DNA of 34,755 nt from Octopus bimaculoides (Eukaryota), in NCBI RefSeq assembly GCF_001194135.2, contig NC_068981.1, positions 121,762,676 through 121,797,430 on the forward strand, given 5' to 3'. Under the pieces are notes generated by a model. That model did no database searches and was not told the origin of the DNA. It saw nothing but the letters and a program-made list of their open reading frames with translations. A program made the translations under genes and the position numbers. Of this stretch, positions 1-11,229 are shown piece after piece (position 1 is the first letter of the stretch; each line of letters begins with the position of its first letter).

Positions 1-1050
<1,050 letters not shown>

Positions 1051-1636
1051 CCAAAATTATCAATCCATTTTTTCACCCTTTCTTACCGGTTGCAAGCGGA
1101 CGATGTGGTTTCTGGTGACTTGCCAAGTATTTAGTAGAAGCAATCTCAACATTTCTTTCCTTTCTTCAATTCGTTCACCTCACCGATATAAATATAATAT
1201 TATCACGAGTGATCAATATCATGTAACCTCGCCATTACAGATTTAATGTTGCAACTATATTCTTCTCGGCTTATCAATATTGATTTCTTAGACACAAAGC
1301 ATCGAAGGAGAAATACGATTGTGAAACAGCCATGTCTTCTTCGTATGTAGAGATGTATAAAGAAAATAAAACAACTAAGATGGTGAATCAAAACCGGGTT
1401 GTATTTTAATTTTCATGGGAGTTTCCTCTTCCATACCTTACCCTCTCGTACAAAGAAATATCAGGAAATCGCCACATGTATGAAAAAGTAAAAATTAAAA
1501 GAATGGCTGTCTTGCATTTTAATAGGACAATCTAGTGAACTAGTTTGAAACGTAATTCGTAACGATTAACGCGAGCCTGTCTTTACGGTGCTTAGCAGCT
1601 CACCTATAAGCGTACCAATTCCTTATTAGTTATAAT

Positions 1637-1855
1637 AGGGCGGCGTGCTGGTAGAATCGTTACAGTAACTGGCAAAAGTGATTTGCGGCATTTCATCCGT
1701 CTTAACGTTTTTGAGTTCAAATGCCATTCAGGTCGACTCTACCGTTCATCCTTTCAGGGTCGATGAAATAAATACTATTTGACCACTGTGATCGATGTAA
1801 TCGACATACCCATTCCCCAATCCAAAAACATTGCTGGCCTTGTACCACAATTATA
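1637..1855 (+). mobile_element. tRNA-derived SINE (octopod OR-type-like), copy 1 of a head-to-tail trio
   Basis: Head GGCGGCGTGCTGGTAGAATCGTTA, B-box-like GAGTTCAAAT, core TTCATCCTTTCAGGGTCGAT.AAATAA and tail GGCCTTGTACCA. These motifs are shared with the two following copies. Confidence 0.8.
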
Positions 1856-2054
1856 GGCTGGTGAACTGGCAGAAACATTAGCACACCGGGCAAAATAATC
1901 AGCAACACTCTTCGCCTTTACGTTCTGGGTTCAAATGTTGTGGGTATCGACTTTGCCTTTCATCCTTTCAGGGTCGATAAAATAAGTGCCAGTGGTCAAT
2001 TTAATCGATTTAGCTCTCCCCCGAAATCGCAGTCCTTGCACCAAAATTTGAATA
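1856..2054 (+). mobile_element. tRNA-derived SINE, copy 2
   Basis: Head GGCTGGTGAACTGGCAGAAACATTAGCAC, GGGTTCAAAT, core TTCATCCTTTCAGGGTCGATAAAATAAG and tail CCTTGCACCAAAATTTGAA. Confidence 0.8.
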
Positions 2055-2236
2055 AGGTCGCTGGCTGGCAGGGTCATTACAACGCCAGGCAAATTACATA
2101 GTAACATTTTATCTCGCTCTGAGTTGAAATGCTATAGAGGTCAACTTTGTCGTTCATCCTTTCGAGATCGATAAAATAAGTACCAATAATCAAACAGAGG
2201 GGTCGATGTAATCGAGTAATCCCCCATCACCTCACA
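2055..2236 (+). mobile_element. tRNA-derived SINE, copy 3 (3' truncated)
   Basis: GAGTTGAAAT and TTCATCCTTTCGAGATCGATAAAATAAGTACC match copies 1 and 2. Confidence 0.75.
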
Positions 2237-2401
2237 TACAGAAGACAAAATATTCCAGACCTTTAATGACCTGTAGGGATACCGTAAATCGTTATGCAAC
2301 CATAATATACTATATTGTTGTTCACATCAGGCGTCACGGATATTAAATGTCCCAACAAAATCAGTGCTGGCTATAATTTCTATAGAGATAGCCGTAACAA
2401 G

Positions 2402-2440
2402 TAAATTTCAGGCCTTGTGCCTATAGTAGAAAAATTATTT
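2402..2440 (+). mobile_element. Isolated SINE 3' tail
   Basis: AAATTTCAGGCCTTGTGCCTATAGTAGAAAAATTATT resembles the tails of the upstream SINEs. Confidence 0.55.
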
Positions 2441-3079
2441 TATTAATAACCATGCAGTGAAACTATAATTTCCTTCATCAATAATATGTTAATAGTATAG
2501 ACGAATGAGTTTTCCGCTCTCAGCATTATGCAACAAAGAACCGAGAACAAATCAAACCAAGCAATGTAATTTTGTTAAGATCGTTTCACGGTTGCATAGT
2601 TCGAGATTCAATCTTGAAGGATTCGATCCCTAACCAAAGTGTTTTTTTATCACAAATATTGGATAAAATGAAATTATGTAGACATAAACAGTATCGAAGC
2701 AAGCCAGTCAGAAGAAATATGCATAAACCGACACCTACAGTCTCTTTCGTGGAACCCACCCTCTTATACATGCACTCGGACGAGGTTTCCGGTTTCTTCG
2801 TCTTAGTCAGGGACTGGTCTTCCACTTTTGACTAATTCCTACTGATTCCTTAATGTAAGCTGTTGTATGTTCTTAGGTTGAGACTGAAAGCGATCTCACA
2901 GTCCTACGAGTTCTGTATCAAGGATGTTCATGAGGTAGAGAGGTTTTGTTAATCAAACGTAATACATACAATTGTTAATAAATAAATACCAAAAAAGGAA
3001 ACATTAATAAAAGCCACGGTCTGTATTTTTATCATATACATGATATATATGAAACTGTGGAAGAGGTAGATCCAGATAG

Positions 3080-3716
3080 TTCTCCGCTGGGTCTCACGGA
3101 GGCAATGACAAGCGAGCGAGACCTTTGGTGATATGCTGTGCTTCAGAAAACCCGCCAGGCCAAGTAAGATCGTATTTGGGGCTGATGGCAATGTTGCATA
3201 ACTGGCCCGTTAAAAGCACTCTTCAAGCGTTATGCGATATGCTGTACTTGTAAATACCTGTCAAGCTGTGTGAAATCGTAGTCGTAGCCGGTGGCAGTGC
3301 TGCGTGATTGGTACCCGTGCCGGTGGCACGTAAAATGCACCGCTTGAGCGTTGGGCCTCAAGGAGGCAGTGACAGGTGACCGACACGTTTAGCGATATAC
3401 CGAGCTGTGTAGGCATATCAAGCCAAGTGAGATTGTAGTCGTGGCAGATGCCAGTGTCAGGTCAATGGCACTCGTGTCGGTGCCACGTATAAAACACCCA
3501 CTACACTCTCGGAGTAGTTAGCGTTAGGAAGGGCATCCAGCCGTAGAAACCTTGCCAAATCAGATCGGAACACTGGTGGAGCCCCCGGCTTACCAGTTTT
3601 TAGTCAAACCGTACGACACATGCCAGCATGGAAAACAGATGTTAAATGATGTTGATGATGATGACGACGATGATGACGATGTTTACGATGATAACGATGA
3701 TGACGATGATGATGAT
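3080..3716 (+). mobile_element. SINE/short repeat with internal tandem subunits and an RTE-LINE-like 3' tail ending in (GAT/GAC)n
   Basis: Three diverged ~120-170 bp subunits (gggtctcacggaggcaatgac / gggcctcaaggaggcagtgac; gtgccggtggcacgtaaaa / gtgtcggtgccacgtataaaa). These are followed by AGGAAGGGCATCCAGCCGTAGAAACC...GCCAGCATGGAAAACAGATGTTAAATGATG and a (GAT)n tail. Confidence 0.7.
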
Positions 3717-4023
3717 AGGTTTCTTTATATTTTCAGTTTTCCAATGGTGTAGTATGCCAAGCAATAATGCAATACGAAGTATTTATTGGCTGTATTGATA
3801 ATATTATTTGGAATAAAAATTAAACAGCCTATTCATTAAGTTTAACGAAATACTATGGGAACACGCATTTAAAATGAAAATCTAGATTCAGTAACAACGC
3901 TTAATATAATTATTTTGTCTTCACTGATGTCCAAAATTTTATACTCACGCTTTTTACACACACATACGCAGGCACAACTATATACAAGAGAATACAAACA
4001 TCGAGCAAAACATACAAATCTGC

Positions 4024-4133
4024 ACATATACATACATACATGCATGCATACATGCATACATCCATGCATACATACATACATACATACATACATACATACA
4101 TACATGCATACATACATGCATACATACATACAT

Positions 4134-4166
<33 letters not shown>

Positions 4167-4170
4167 TATA
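4024..4170. repeat. (CATA)n/(CATG)/(CAGA)n compound microsatellite
   Basis: Direct reading of the sequence. Confidence 0.95.
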
Positions 4171-4279
4171 CAAAAATACCGTTTTTGATGTTGAAATTCG
4201 AATGAAGGAGCCTTGAATCTATGTAGAAACCGGCTCTTCCTCTATTGACAAGAAATCTTGAAATAAAATTGAACGATTG

Positions 4280-4365
4280 CATACATTCATACATACATAC
4301 ATACATACATACATACATACATACATACATACATACATGCATGCATGCATACATACATACATATA
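4280..4365. repeat. (CATA)n microsatellite
   Basis: Direct reading of the sequence. Confidence 0.95.
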
Positions 4366-7349
4366 CATTGATGGATTGTGAGTGCGTTCGCATATATTTA
4401 GTCGATGTAAATGAGTGAAAGGCAAAGCAAACCAATAAAGCCGTCTCGCCGAACAGACGTCTTCCGTGGCATTTATTACTCCCCACTTCAACAAAATCTA
4501 TTTTGACACTTTCGACATCCTAATCGAAAGGAAAATGTGATTGGACCATTGGTAGCATGCAAGAAACGATCTTGTTGTTCAGCCAGTGCGATATTAAAAA
4601 TGTACTCCACTGGTAATATTATTCTGAAATGTCTGAAATTCAATAATGCCAACGGTTTGGAAACTAGGTATATTAGTGAGGAGACAACCACTTAAGACAT
4701 TGATTCATCTGGAATATACTCACAATAAGGGTTTGTTAAACTGCAGATCAAACCAGCCGAGCTTAAAGTCGCCTATTGAATGTATTAACTGGTAGTTAAG
4801 TGATGTTAGTACTATTTCATAACCTTGGTGATTTGATGAAAATGAATAACCTTTAACTTGGGGTTGAACAGTTCATTGAATCTATCAGCTCCTACTATCC
4901 ACAAGCAACTTAGTTGTATTATATTTAAGTAGTGCAAAAGTAAGTATTTCACCTCATCATCCATATTCAGTGCTATAATGATGGTAATTACTCTCTATTT
5001 ATAGTATCCAGCTTCTATACTGAGTTGCCTTGTGATTCATAGCCAATGTTATTATACATAATTGATTCCCTTTCGATCGATTTTTAACTTTTGTATAATC
5101 TTTGCAATTTATTTAGGTAAAACTAGTATCCGATAAAGTTATTTCTAGTTTAACATCCTTGCAGCATCACAGAAAGAATCTTTTGAAAGACAGCACTGAA
5201 AAATTAATGGAGTCTAAGATTCAAATCTGTTGTGAATATCAGATGAAAATCTATCGCTTCAGTTTGTAAATATTTTCTCGAACTTAAAATTGTTATTACA
5301 AATACCAACCGACATTTCATTGCTAATATTTCTAGATCAGTAGATAAAACTCGAACGATATATTGTGTTAGATTTGTCATAGAATATGAATGGTGGAAAT
5401 CAGTTTTGTAAATCTAAATAAAGAACTTTTGAACTGGGAACGGATTCTTAGATCAAGAATTTGCAGTTTAAACCCAGAAACATTACAGAAGATCTAAAAG
5501 TTGATGCTGATATCTGCAGTTTTTCAACCCAAAGCTGATGTTTACAGGTTAAACGAGAAACAGAGTTTCTAGTTGCTGAAGTCTGAATCATTTTTGTAAT
5601 AAATGTCAATAGATTTTAGTAGTTATTCAAACACATACCTGTGCGTTTCATAACAAGATCTTTACGTTTGGACACTTTAAATAAAGAAGTCCGATGATGC
5701 AACAGAGTCTGAAGTGGATCAATAGCGTTTGATGTTATACAAATATATGACTAAATATATATTCATTATTATTTAGACATAGATCAAGATCAGAAGCATG
5801 TAACTTCTGTATCAATCGTTTCCATATGTTTTCGTTTCTGCAATTAGAGACCTCCATGAAGTCACTTTGTAATGATTTCAGTTTTATTTCTTGATATAGT
5901 GCCAGACCTGAGATCGTAACTCAAATCTTCTCTGAATTAATGAGATCGTTGAACCCGCTAGAAACAGCGACAGGAAATCTACTAAATCACAACACACCGT
6001 CTTCAGAATAGGAAAGCATATTACGTAATATAGCTGTTCTACGACCTAAAATGTAATAAGGTGGTCATGGTCAGAATATCTTTTATAATATTTCTGCTCC
6101 ACCAGGAATAGTCTAGGGCTAAAACACAATAAGTGGATCTCCCAGCTTTCTCAGTATTGTGAACATTACTGTCGCTCTTTGAACGGCTGTAATCTTACCC
6201 TTTTTCCAATTAGAGACAATAGACTTCGCCATGTTGTGACACAGCTTTCTCCAACACAACGGGCTCTGCGCTCATTTTTATGGACTGTTACGTATTTGAT
6301 CAACTTAGAGAGGATAAATCTAAAGTAGTCCTGTATTGAGCATAAAGGAAAATAACCAAATAGCAGAAGGTAATTTACTTGCTGGTTTTATATTTAGTCA
6401 TTGTCGTATAGAGTATCGTGACAAGTAGTATATTAGAAAAGTGTATACATAGTGTTCATGAATTTTCTGCAATTAGTAGGTCCAGAGTTACTTCATATTC
6501 CCGAAAAACACGCAATCCCTTCTCTAATGGAACCAATCGCTGTGTTTGGATTACGGCAATAGGTTCACTTGCATCGCCCTACATATGGTTGTTTCTATAG
6601 AAGGGTCAACACTCGGCAAACAATCATCGGACAATTCAAAAATGGTAAAGAGAGGAATGAAAAGGAGAAATAGAAAATGGAATATATCAACGTCAAAGCA
6701 GCAAGTTTGACGCAGACGAATGAAATTAAAATATTTGAAAGTAATACAATGAGCTGAAATATCGGGAAAACGTTTAGGCTGAAGGAAATCAATGTGTTTC
6801 TTGACTAATAAATTGGTAGAGCTGATTAAAGGAAGTCGACAATCTGAATACGTGTGTAAAAAGAGCCTTGGAGGTAAACTATAAGCAGGTTCAATTTTTT
6901 GTCTGCTTAAAATTGTTTGAGAATAATTGCAAATAAACATATCAAGAGAATGAAAGAAATATTTCTCAATTATTAAATTTGTCTTTTAACTAAAGAAAAT
7001 GCTTAAGAGATCAGAAATTTGAAGTAGTTGTGTAAACAAAGAAAAGAAAATATAAACTTGTAACACGTTCAAGATTTCAATCTTCAGCAGCTGTTATGTG
7101 AACGTTTCAATTAGATGATATGGGGTTTAAATGTTTGAGTATTCGTGAGCTTTTGTTTGTAATATACTGTTTCATTTCTCATAAAATAGCTATGAAGTGA
7201 AATGATGTATCTGTGACAAAAAAATTGTTGGGATGTTTGAAGATGTAGAAAATATTTAGAGTGTTTAACTTATTACGAACATGTAGGGGATGGATTCTAC
7301 AGGCCTTCTGCATTGGGAGGCCTGAAAATTACTCAAAGCAACAGTAATT

Positions 7350-7757
7350 GGCGCAGGCAAGGCAGTGTGATAAGAAGCTTGTTTTCCAACCACATGTTTC
7401 CAGGTTCAGTCCCATTGCGTGATATCTTGGGCACATGTATTCTACTATCAGCCTCGGGCTGATCAAATTCTTGTGATTGAATATTATAGATGGAAACCGA
7501 AAGAAGCCTGTCGTATATAGATGTGTGTGTGTGTGTCCTTGTGTTTGTCCCCCACCACTGCTTCACAACCGGTGTTAAAGTGTTTATGTCCCCGTAACTT
7601 ATCAGTTCGTCAAAGAAGAACGATAGAACAAGTTACTAGGCTTAAAATATAATACTAGGCTTAAAAATTAAGTCCTAGGGTCGATTTATTCAATGAAAAT
7701 CCTTCAAGACAGTACTCCAAGATGGCCGTAGTTAGATGACGGAAACAGGTAAAAGAT
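7350..7757 (+). mobile_element. tRNA-derived SINE (second family)
   Basis: tRNA-like head GGCGCAGGCAAGGCAGTGTGATAAGAAGCTTG...CAGGTTCAGTCCCATTGCG, internal (GT)n, and 3' part GATAGAACAAGTTACTAGGCTT...GATGGCCGTAGTTAGATGACGGAAACAGGTAAAAGA. A matching head fragment is at 27241. Confidence 0.8.
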
Positions 7758-7931
7758 ACATTTCTAAATATATTTTATTTCCTTAAAGTTCAGAACGTAT
7801 AATATTAGAAGTCCATTCCTGAAAAATCCTTCGAGTATATAAAATAGAATGTAAGCGGTCACCCTTAGTCCATTTAAGCTTTCGTATCACTCCAAAATAA
7901 TACAAGGTAATTAATATCATTCTTTTTTTTT

Positions 7932-8117
7932 NNNNNNNNNNNNNNNNNNNNNNNNNNNNNNNNNNNNNNNNNNNNNNNNNNNNNNNNNNNNNNNNNNNNN
8001 NNNNNNNNNNNNNNNNNNNNNNNNNNNNNNNNNNNNNNNNNNNNNNNNNNNNNNNNNNNNNNNNNNNNNNNNNNNNNNNNNNNNNNNNNNNNNNNNNNNN
8101 NNNNNNNNNNNNNNNNN
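7932..8117. other. Assembly gap
   Basis: Run of N. Confidence 1.
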
Positions 8118-9039
8118 ATATATAGATATATACATATTTGATCAACTTAGGGATGTAAAGTAGATCTGTATTGTGCATAAAGGAAAATAACCAAATATCA
8201 AAAGGTAATTTACATGTTGGTTTTTATACATTGTCCTATAGAGTATCGTGCCATATAGTATATTAGCAAACTGTTGCTCATCAGGTTGTTTATTTAATAA
8301 TAAAGGATGATTATAGATGAAACATAAATACGACAAAATACAGTATGCCCCATGTTTTCCCGAGTTCATGACAGATAAGTAACTTTCTTTATTCGAACAG
8401 ACGTTTTTATATAATTTTTGTATAACATAAGCGAACTATTATTCAACAAAATACTCATTAGGATAGTGAACACTATTGCGCAGTCAAATACTCAATCAGG
8501 AAATAATGTAGGTTCTTGATGCAAATATCTTATCTTAAAGGAATCTTTCTAAAATGGTTGTTTGATCTCTACATCATTCGAAAGCAAATATATCTTACAG
8601 GAAAATTGCTAGATATCAATCTTGTTTGATTAACGGTTATAAGCATATTACTGTATGTATGTAAATTAAGAATTAAAAAAATATACAATTTCATAAAAAT
8701 AGCCAAGCGTAAAATTAAAGTAATTAGTTGCCTGAGATATTTAGTAATGAAACTGACAAAAATAATAGAAAGTCGTCATGGTAGAAGTGTGATATGAATC
8801 ATCTCTCATCATTGATTATACTGCGTTGTCATTATTGTTTCAGATAACACCTCATAAGTATTTTCATATAAGGAAAGAAGAACGGTGTTATATTTAACTA
8901 TTTGACGTGTCTGTTCGTTATTTATGTTCAAGGTAAGTAATTACTTGAAACACAAATGCTATTTTCTATCATGTACATATCTCAGACTTCACATACTCTG
9001 CATATATAAACACACATACACAGAACCATCAGTGCTTCC

Positions 9040-9170
9040 AACGACAGCTTCCCCTTATTTGTTCGGGCATTTCGAGTGTTCTGAGTTCAAATCCTGCCGA
9101 GTTGAATTTTGGCTTTAATTTTCTTTGTATCCTTCTTGAGTCGCTAAAGTACTACTCAAGTACGGAGGTA
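9040..9170 (+). mobile_element. Degenerate SINE fragment
   Basis: GTTCTGAGTTCAAATCCTGCCGAGTTGAATTTTGGCTTT resembles the B-box/core of the SINEs at 1637-2236. Confidence 0.55.
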
Positions 9171-9177
9171 GCAAGAC

Positions 9178-9202
9178 ATCTCTCTCTCTCTATCTCTCCC
9201 TT

Positions 9203-9264
<62 letters not shown>

Positions 9265-9290
9265 TATATACATACATATATATATATATC
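9178..9290. repeat. (CT)n then (TA)n microsatellite
   Basis: Direct reading of the sequence. Confidence 0.95.
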
Positions 9291-9299
9291 ACTTTCTTT

Positions 9300-10103
9300 A
9301 AGATTTGCGTACATTTAGGGCTCGAGCAAACAAAACAATACAGATAGGACGTACGAAAATAAACAAATGCAATTTGAAACGATAGAAGACGATAAATAAC
9401 GGCTTTCGGCCAAAGACGAGTATAATGGATTAACGCCTGGAAGAAATCTTCAAATGGATATAAAATAGAATTAGAGAGGAGAGAAAGTTGACCAGAATGC
9501 TAGGCGTCCGGTGGCGAAAAGGCAGAAGATATAAAATCAGTGAAGGGTCTCATTTGGGCAGCAGATAGGAGGATGATGAGAGAGAGAGAGTGAGAGAGAA
9601 CAGAAGGAAAGAAGGGAGAAAGTCTACATTTAAGTGTGAGAAGACAACAGAGAGAGAGAGGAAGAAGGGATGCTAAAAAAGGAATATTGAAAGGAGAGAG
9701 AAAGAAAGAAAAGTAGAGTCGCAAAAAATATATTACAGACTTACTGTTAACAAAAGTCGGCATGCATGGCGTTCAGTTAATTATTCCATAAATGAAAAAT
9801 GCATCGCATACCGACTTTTGTTAACAATAAGCTTGTAATATATTTTTTGCGAATCTATTTTCCTTTCTTTCTTTCTCTCTCCGTCTAATATTCCTTTTCT
9901 AGCATCCCTACTTCCTCACTCCCCTCTCCCGTCTTCTCACACTTAATTGTAGACTTTCTCCCTTCATTCCCTTGTTGTCTCTCTCTCATCATCATCCTTC
10001 TCTTTTATCTGCTGTCCTATCGTTTCAAAATTACATTTGTTTACTTTCGTTTGCCCACCTTGTATTGTTTTGTTTGTTCGAATCCTAATTGTATGCAAAT
10101 CTT
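9300..10103. repeat. Long imperfect inverted repeat (foldback-like palindrome)
   Basis: Arm 9300-9765 is the reverse complement of arm 9806-10103 (e.g. ctgttaacaaaagtcgg / ccgacttttgttaacaat; gtctacatttaagtgtgagaagac / gtcttctcacacttaattgtagac; aagatttgc / gcaaatctt). The spacer is ~40 bp. About 170 bp (9386-9555) is present only in the left arm. Confidence 0.92.
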
Positions 10104-10144
10104 GCGGTGCCGCCGATATACGAAATTTCCAGGCTTATCGTAAA

Positions 10145-10207
10145 GGCACGAAACTGTATATTAGTATTTTTGGTCGATAACTGATGAAGCATAAGAGTAT
10201 CTGTGCC
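10145..10207 (+). ncRNA. Hammerhead-ribozyme-like motif (type II-like order, stem II ambiguous)
   Basis: GAAA (10150-10153), stem III ACTG/TAGT, triplet GTA, imperfect stem I TTTTT/GATAA and CTGATGA (10181-10187). Confidence 0.3.
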
Positions 10208-10236
10208 AGTCCTACGTGTACGTTTTGTAGTATTTA

Positions 10237-10368
<132 letters not shown>

Positions 10369-10370
10369 TC

Positions 10371-10582
10371 ACACGGAATGCTGAAAAGTTCCTGACTTTG
10401 GGTAAAACAAAATATAAGAGGATTAATTATGATTGTCTTCAATATATTCCCTTCTCACATTCTCACACTTATTGCAGTGGTCCAGCTTTTCTAAGCCCGG
10501 CAAAAGAACTCGGAAGATTCAGCCTCCAATCAGGCCTTTCGCGACAACGTTAAGGCCAGGAATGTTTCAGTACCCTCTCGTA
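10371..10582. mobile_element. Mariner-type MITE (~210 bp)
   Basis: Imperfect TIRs ACACGGAATGCTGAAAAGTTCCTGACT and AGGCCAGGAATGTTTCAGTACCCTCTCG-TA; non-coding interior; TA at the right end. Confidence 0.75.
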
Positions 10583-11229
10583 TATATAACGTGTATCTAC
10601 CTCTACATCATGCTCTGCATTCAGTAGGCGTGTGATTTGGGAGACATCAGGCAGATTAACTCTTGCATGTCAAGCGACCAGAAACAAGTTCGTTTGTTGG
10701 CTCATCGTTACGTTGTGTTTCCAGTTAGACGCTATGGCTAAATTTCTGCATTACTACTAAGATTATGTAAGTGAACCAAACGCAAGCATATTGTCAACTC
10801 AGAGAAATGTTATAAAGATTCTTTTAAAAATCCCCTGGAAAAATTCGAAAAATTCAGTGAAAATTAGTAAGAAATAGACAAAAAAGAAATTGGAAATATA
10901 GAATCTGTAAAGTCTTGAAACTCATATTAAAATAATGGCTGAAGCCATTTGAAAGTGTCATTTTAAAAAGAATACTTTATGCACAAATTAACTTCACAAT
11001 CTATTAGCGAAAACATTGGAAATCAGCATAAACAGACACTGATACAGACTATTCTCCAAAATGAACGACAGACGACCATAGTGGTGATCTCTATACAACA
11101 ATAACTGTCATGATTCCCAGCCTTGTATATATAAATGTGAGCATTGAAGTCTAAACATTGATTTATTTTAACATGGTGGAATGCATTTTGTTATATGTAG
11201 TAGTTATAATCGCATGAAATGACTCCACA

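Larger units (their letters stand above)
1203..6450 (-). pseudogene. Decayed Toll-like receptor-like gene copy B (apparently full length, with insertions)
   Basis: Minus-strand motifs occur in TLR order. LRRNT-like NTGLL*I..KLIKYVT (~6345-6285); LRRs KLQILDL and KVLYLDLQN (~5470-5400); TM-like TVGVGLCIFLLTGLLRYCLCLHN (ORF 2586-2825); TIR start-like FDLFSV...EGNYSF-LH (~2550-2445); KTAILLIFTFSY (~1515-1480); TIR end-like LRCFVSKKSIL...VMARLH-stop (ORF 1203-1391). About 3.2 kb remains after subtracting SINEs and microsatellites, which fits a single-exon TLR. Confidence 0.55.
6455..8281 (-). pseudogene. Decayed TLR-like gene copy C (internally gapped or deleted)
   Basis: ATG at 8281 starts MSNSLLIYYMARYSIGQC, followed by LRRNT-like HNTDLLYIPKLIKYV (~8180-8135). 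After the N gap comes LRR-like IRSEL*GNKI (~7800-7770). Juxtamembrane LCLHN (~7040) is shared with copy B. ORF 6551-6940 reads as a TIR-like DMFICNYSQ...RLFLH...KKHIDFL..RFPD...IFHFLFLL. Nucleotides 8135-8270 align with 6293-6440. Confidence 0.5.

Noticed and set aside
2237-2401. Insertion splitting SINE copy 3 from its tail
   Set aside because: The segment reads better as host TIR-like sequence on the minus strand, so the tail at 2402 is treated as a separate fragment; unresolved.
3080-3500. CRISPR-like repeat-spacer array
   Set aside because: The units are long, diverged SINE subunits in eukaryotic DNA, with no constant repeat, unique spacers or cas genes.
7350-7430. tRNA gene (also 27241-27325 and 1637-1730)
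   Set aside because: A- and B-box-like motifs are present but there is no cloverleaf, and they continue into SINE bodies.
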